Of a stretch of DNA of 64,000 bases, positions 59,359 through 64,000 are shown in pieces. Source of the DNA: Octopus bimaculoides (taxonomy: Eukaryota); contig NC_069001.1 in assembly GCF_001194135.2 (NCBI RefSeq), positions 1,840,896-1,904,895 on the forward strand, given 5' to 3'. How positions within the stretch are numbered: position 1 is the first letter of the stretch; each line of letters begins with the position of its first letter. Under the pieces are notes generated by a model. The model saw nothing but the letters and a program-made list of their open reading frames with translations. It ran no database searches and was not told the DNA's origin. The translations under genes were made by a program, and so were the position numbers.

Positions 59359-62200
59359 ATGGCTTATAAAGGAGGTCAGAAGGTCCAGAAAGTTATGGTT
59401 CAACCAATTGTATCCTTTATCTTTAAATATTAACTATTGCTTTCGTTGTATTGATTACTAATCTGCTAAATTTATTGTATGATATGTTTTTGTGTGTTGC
59501 GTCACATGTCAACTAAAGAAGCACGTTGTCCTTTTTGTGTTCGCTATTTGTTTCATAAATCCACGATGGTCTGATATATATATATGTATAAATGTAAGCA
59601 CACACATTGTTTACCTTCGTAACATATTCATAGAAAATTTCATTAAAAAATAATCATTTTTCTGAAGATAATGTTATACATTCTGATATGTCGATGCATA
59701 CAAATAACACAGCTTTTGGGGGGGGGGGCATAGCTACAGATTCCTGCCCCCTGACTTTGGATGATCGTAACTTTCAGACAAATGGATATTTTTTAATGAA
59801 ATTTTCTATGAATATGTGTTACATCATGTAGATTCCGTATATACAAAACTTTTGGGGAGGAGAAAGTATTTTAGGAGGGGTGGGGAATTTCGGCAAATTC
59901 ACCGGAGTCCACTTCAATACGTCTTAAATTTCAAGGAAATGGTTATTTTTTAATGTAATTCTCTACAAATATACCTCGGACTATGTAGATTCCGAGGACA
60001 AAGGAATTTTGGGGGTTACTTTTGAGGACCGTTCCCCACTCGGGGGTGTTTCGGAACAAGTCCTCCATATTTGTTTCGTTTTCTCCGTTTTGTGCGTTTG
60101 TGCATCCGTAGATTTCTAGTCCTCCCCCTCTCTCACTCACACACACATACACATATATGTAATTAAAAAAAGTTCAAACGGGAAATTATTCTATTCAATG
60201 TCTTTCTGTTAGAAACGTTTAGATTTTTAGCATAACGAGTTTTCTGGTGACAGCTTCATTGCTGTAGTAAGATTTACAATTAGTGAATTACAATTTTCAC
60301 ACGAGTATAAATTCATAATTAGTCGACGCCATGCCAATCACTGAAGAACCATGTCTAATGATTCGGCGGTACTACTAAAGCAGCGCGGACCCGAACGCGC
60401 AGTCGCGCGTCCGCGCTAGCTAGTCTTGATTGGTCGATCCTAACCCTAACCCGCGTGTGCAAATGAATACGTGTTTAGGGTTAGGATCGAACACTCACGC
60501 GCTGCTTTAGTAGTACCTGATTCGGCCAATTGGATGATATTCCAAGATTGATTCGTGGTTGAGGATTTCAATTTCGGGAACAATGAATTGTGGTCCTGAT
60601 GGTATTCCATATGCCATTCTGATCAATTCGAAAGTAAATAATAAATGCTGACTTATTTATGTCACTTTACTAGTTATCTCCCCCTTAATTTTTATTTACT
60701 TTTTGAACATCAGTAAACTGAGTAATTACCTTATATATGCTGGCATAGATTGGACAGGGGTAGTATTCTTACAGCCGGGTGCTCTTCTTGTTACTAACTC
60801 TTCCCTGCTCTAGAACTGAGTTTCCCTAGTGCTACGGGATGTAGCTTCATCGGGAATGTAAACACAATGACCCCGTTTTATTTTTGTTTGATACACTTGG
60901 TAAAAGGGTTGTTTGTCGGGGTTTCTACATTTTTAAAAGTAAGTAAAATAAAAAATTATTAGTGACGTCACTCGATCCTTTTAGAGGAGTAGCAATGATC
61001 TGTCTAATCACATATGAGACGTGGAAATGAGGACTTTCATTTATACATCATCCTCACTTAACGTCCACGTTTGTTGAGGCAAATTTTCTGGAACCCAATC
61101 CCCTTCCAGTTACCATCCCTCACTTGTTTCCATGCAAGGTCATATTCCTTCCTTGCCAAACATGAATGATCAAACTAAATACAGCAACAGATTTAATCTG
61201 TACCTTTAACAGTTCTGCTAAGTCAGTGTGTCTTTCAAAGGAATTGAAGTAACATGAATGTTATCCATGTGATTTGTTTTTGTCTATGAAGGTCTTAATT
61301 ATAAAGTGACCATCACCTGTTAAAGCCAATCGTTGAACAAAGAGATTTTACCTTTCAATGTATATCTTAATGAAATCATTGTGTGAATCAGAAATTCCTT
61401 AACTTTTTCTCCTTAGAATTTGATTTTCCGTTACCTACAAAATGTAAGTATTTTCAGTGTATATATTTTTTTAATACAAATTATGGCATGTGTTTAATTA
61501 ATTAATTAAGAATAGTACACGGATAAAGCAGTGCGAATTGAATCTGAACTTGACAGTAAAGTGACAACTATGTTTTTACTGTAGTCGTCAATATCCTAGA
61601 TTAACATCCTAAATATGTATTTGTTAAAAAACACACTAAAAATATCCGCTTATAGTATTCACCATCATCATTTCGCGGACATTATCACTTTAACGTCCGT
61701 GTGGTTGAGAAGCCTGCTTTCCAGTTGTGTGGTCTTGGGTTCAGTCTTACTATGCAGCACCCTGGGCAAGTGTCTTCTATTATAGCCCCAGGTGGAAACT
61801 GAAAGAATCCTATTGTATGTCTGTCTGTGTTAGTGTGGACCCTTGTCTAGACATGAGTTAAATGAGCATCATCATCAGCATACAAGTGAGGCTCATTTCC
61901 TGTCTTCCATGGGAAATATGTCAGTCGTATGTTCCTCTCTGGTTGGAGGGCCACGAAGGCGTTTGCTTGCAATTACATAGACACTGAAACAATTAGCAAA
62001 AGCATGGATTCTATCTCCAGGTCATATGGTCATACTCTCGGTGACATAAAACGCTTGGGGTTTTTTTTTTTCCTTTGCCCTTGCAATGTATTAATTTCCA
62101 TCTTGCACTGAACTGATCTGTTTCTTTTCTTTTGCAGAGGTCGAGAATCCAAGTATGGTTGTATGAACAAGTTAACTTACGAATTGAAGGATGTATAGTG
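59359..62200 (+). CDS. SNRPE: Small nuclear ribonucleoprotein E (SmE), exons 1-3; remainder lies beyond the window
   Basis: Exons 59359-59409 ([17 protein letters not shown]), 61417-61443 (NLIFRYLQN), 62138-62200 ([21 protein letters not shown]), nearly identical to the metazoan SmE N-terminus. Confidence 0.96.
59410..61416 (+). other. SNRPE: U12-type (minor spliceosome) GT-AG intron, SNRPE intron 1
   Basis: 5' site GTATCCTTT; branch site TTCCTTAAC at 61395-61403, 13 nt before the intron end. Confidence 0.93.
60368..60517. mobile_element. 150-nt non-autonomous DNA transposon with 20-bp TIRs, 9-bp TSD and telomeric repeats
   Basis: GGTACTACTAAAGCAGCGCG ... CGCGCTGCTTTAGTAGTACC flanked by TGATTCGGC on both sides; internal CCTAACCCTAACCC and TTTAGGGTTAGG. 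Confidence 0.85.
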
Positions 62201-62300
62201 GTAAGTATATCTCATCATGTCATTTAATGTCTGTTTTCCATGCTGGCAGGGGTTGGTCGGTTTGACAAGTGATGGCAAGCCAGAGGACTGTGCCAAACTT

Positions 62301-62346
<46 letters not shown>

Positions 62347-62494
62347 NNNNNNNNNNNNNNNNNNNNNNNNNNNNNNNNNNNNNNNNNNNATATATATATA
62401 TATATTTTTACTTCTACTAGATTCTCTGAAATAAACAGTTGAACCTAATTCATTTTACATTGTAAAATTTCATTCAGTTCTATATTTAAGAGAT

Positions 62495-62922
62495 GAGGAA
62501 TTATGAACATTATTTACCTTCGACAGATATTTGTCCTCATATTGTTTGTTGTTAACACAACATTTCAGCTGATATACCCTCCAGCCTTCATCAGGTGTCT
62601 TGGGGAAAATTTAAACCTGGGTTCTCATTCCTAAGGTATTTTTTAATGTTATTATTATTCAGGTCACTGCCTGGAATCGAACTCAGAATCTTGGGGTTAG
62701 TAGCCCACACTCTTAGCCCCAAGATTCTGAGTTCGATTCTAGGCAGTGAACTGAATAATAATAATAATAAAATCGAAAAACACCTTCGGAATGAGAACTC
62801 AAGTTCGAAATTTCCCCAAGACACCTGATGAAGGCTGGAGGGTATATCAGCTGAAATGGTGTGTCAACAACAAACAAGATGAGGACAAATATCCGTCAAA
62901 TGTAAACAATGAACAACTTCAT
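62495..62922. mobile_element. Head-to-head inverted dimer of a tRNA-headed, hammerhead-bearing non-autonomous retroelement
   Basis: Two ~200-nt arms are reverse complements around ~62701-62712; each has GAGTTCGATTC (B-box-like) near the centre and GACAC-CTGATGA-A-GGCTG...CAGCT-GAAA distally. Confidence 0.7.
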
Positions 62923-63255
62923 TGCTGACAGTTTTCCCCTGGGCCTGGTTCACTGTCTTCGTGGCAGGAGTTTCTGTAGCTCAGTGCAGATCAAATATTG
63001 CAAAGGAACTTGAAAGTTGTAGGTTTTTCAGTTTGCACCAAGTGCAGATATGTGTATATGATGTAAATGCGTGTACAATTGTTTGCTTTATAGGATTGTG
63101 TATTTTATTGCACTAAACATTGTTTGAATAAATAACTCGATACTTTTTTTGTAAGGCCCAAAAAGATATTGATTATCAATACTGGCTGTTTATTTTGAAC
63201 TTCCATCAATACTGTGATTTAAAAGTAAATAGTTATTATTGCTAGTAGCTATTTC

Positions 63256-63286
<31 letters not shown>

Positions 63287-63314
63287 TATATATATATTTA
63301 TACATACATATATA

Positions 63315-64000
63315 TTTGGTCATCTCAATTAATGCGGATTTTTCAATTGCATGAACTAAAAGTCAGAGGGAGATGGGATAAACTACCTGCATCAACTTGC
63401 TATAAAAGCCAGTAGTAGTTTTACTTTGTACTTATTCTTAGTGCAAGTTTTGAAGAGTGCAGTTCGATTCTAACAGTTATTTTTTCAAAGCTGTAATGGA
63501 AGTGTCAAAGGAGCAGAGTCGGCATATTTTGCTTTATGAGTTCAACAAAGGCAACAATGCAATGGAATGTGCGAGGAATATTAATGCAGAATATGGAAAT
63601 TGGACAATAAGTGTAAGCCAGTGTCAACAGTGGTTCCAGGAATTCTGAGCCGGAAACTACAGCCTAGAAGACAATCCTTGTCTTGGAAGATCTGTAGAGC
63701 TCAACGAGGATGTCTTGCAAACCCTGGTGGAACAAAATCCCACTGTAACTGTTGAGGAAGTAGCAGAGAAGCTTGGATTTGGTCATTCAACCATTCATTG
63801 ACACCTGTGTGCCATCAGAAAAGTCAGCAAATTGGATCAATGGGTTCCTCACAAACTTTCTGAGTCTAATTACATGCAGAGGGTAAATGTGTGCTCTTCT
63901 TTGCTGTCACGTCTCACAAATGAACGTTTTTTGGACTGAATAGTGACTGGTGATGAGAAATAGGTTCTCTATAAAAATGCCAAGCACCGAAGACAGTGGG
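63315..64000 (+). mobile_element. Decayed mariner (Tc1/mariner) transposon, truncated by the window end
   Basis: TA then TTTGGTCATCTCAATTAATGCGG TIR-like start; ATG 63496 MEVSKEQSRHILLYEFNKG..A.E..RNI, WVPHKL linker, VTGDEK first catalytic Asp motif; frameshift and several stops. Confidence 0.92.

Overview
AT-rich, microsatellite- and SINE-dense animal genomic DNA with several N gaps. The repeat families and microsatellite load suggest a cephalopod, probably Octopus (inference, no database search). Four spliced genes were reconstructed by hand with consistent splice phases. (1) A FAM162/UPF0389-family gene (minus, 3 exons, 150 aa). (2) ZUP1/ZUFSP deubiquitinase (plus, 8 coding exons, 604 aa, Cys-His-Asp triad intact). 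(3) Guanylate kinase GUK1 (minus; a separate upstream exon would add an in-frame mitochondrial-targeting-like peptide; terminal exon ambiguous). (4) The first three exons of SNRPE (plus), whose intron 1 is U12-type. The rest is tRNA-derived SINEs, RTE and CR1 LINE fragments, MITEs and a decayed mariner. The most notable unannotated signal is five hammerhead-ribozyme motifs in three unrelated sequence contexts. One has an intact core (17896-17954) and one is a single substitution from canonical (57219-57270). Three are decayed copies inside a tRNA-headed SINE-like element, two of which form a ~430-nt palindrome in SNRPE intron 3. Also notable: a TTAGGG-carrying MITE with a perfect 9-bp TSD, a pre-miRNA-like hairpin in ZUP1, and FAM162-ZUP1 adjacency that echoes the human ZUP1-KPNA5-FAM162B cluster. 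Most ORF-track entries are microsatellite or N-gap artefacts.
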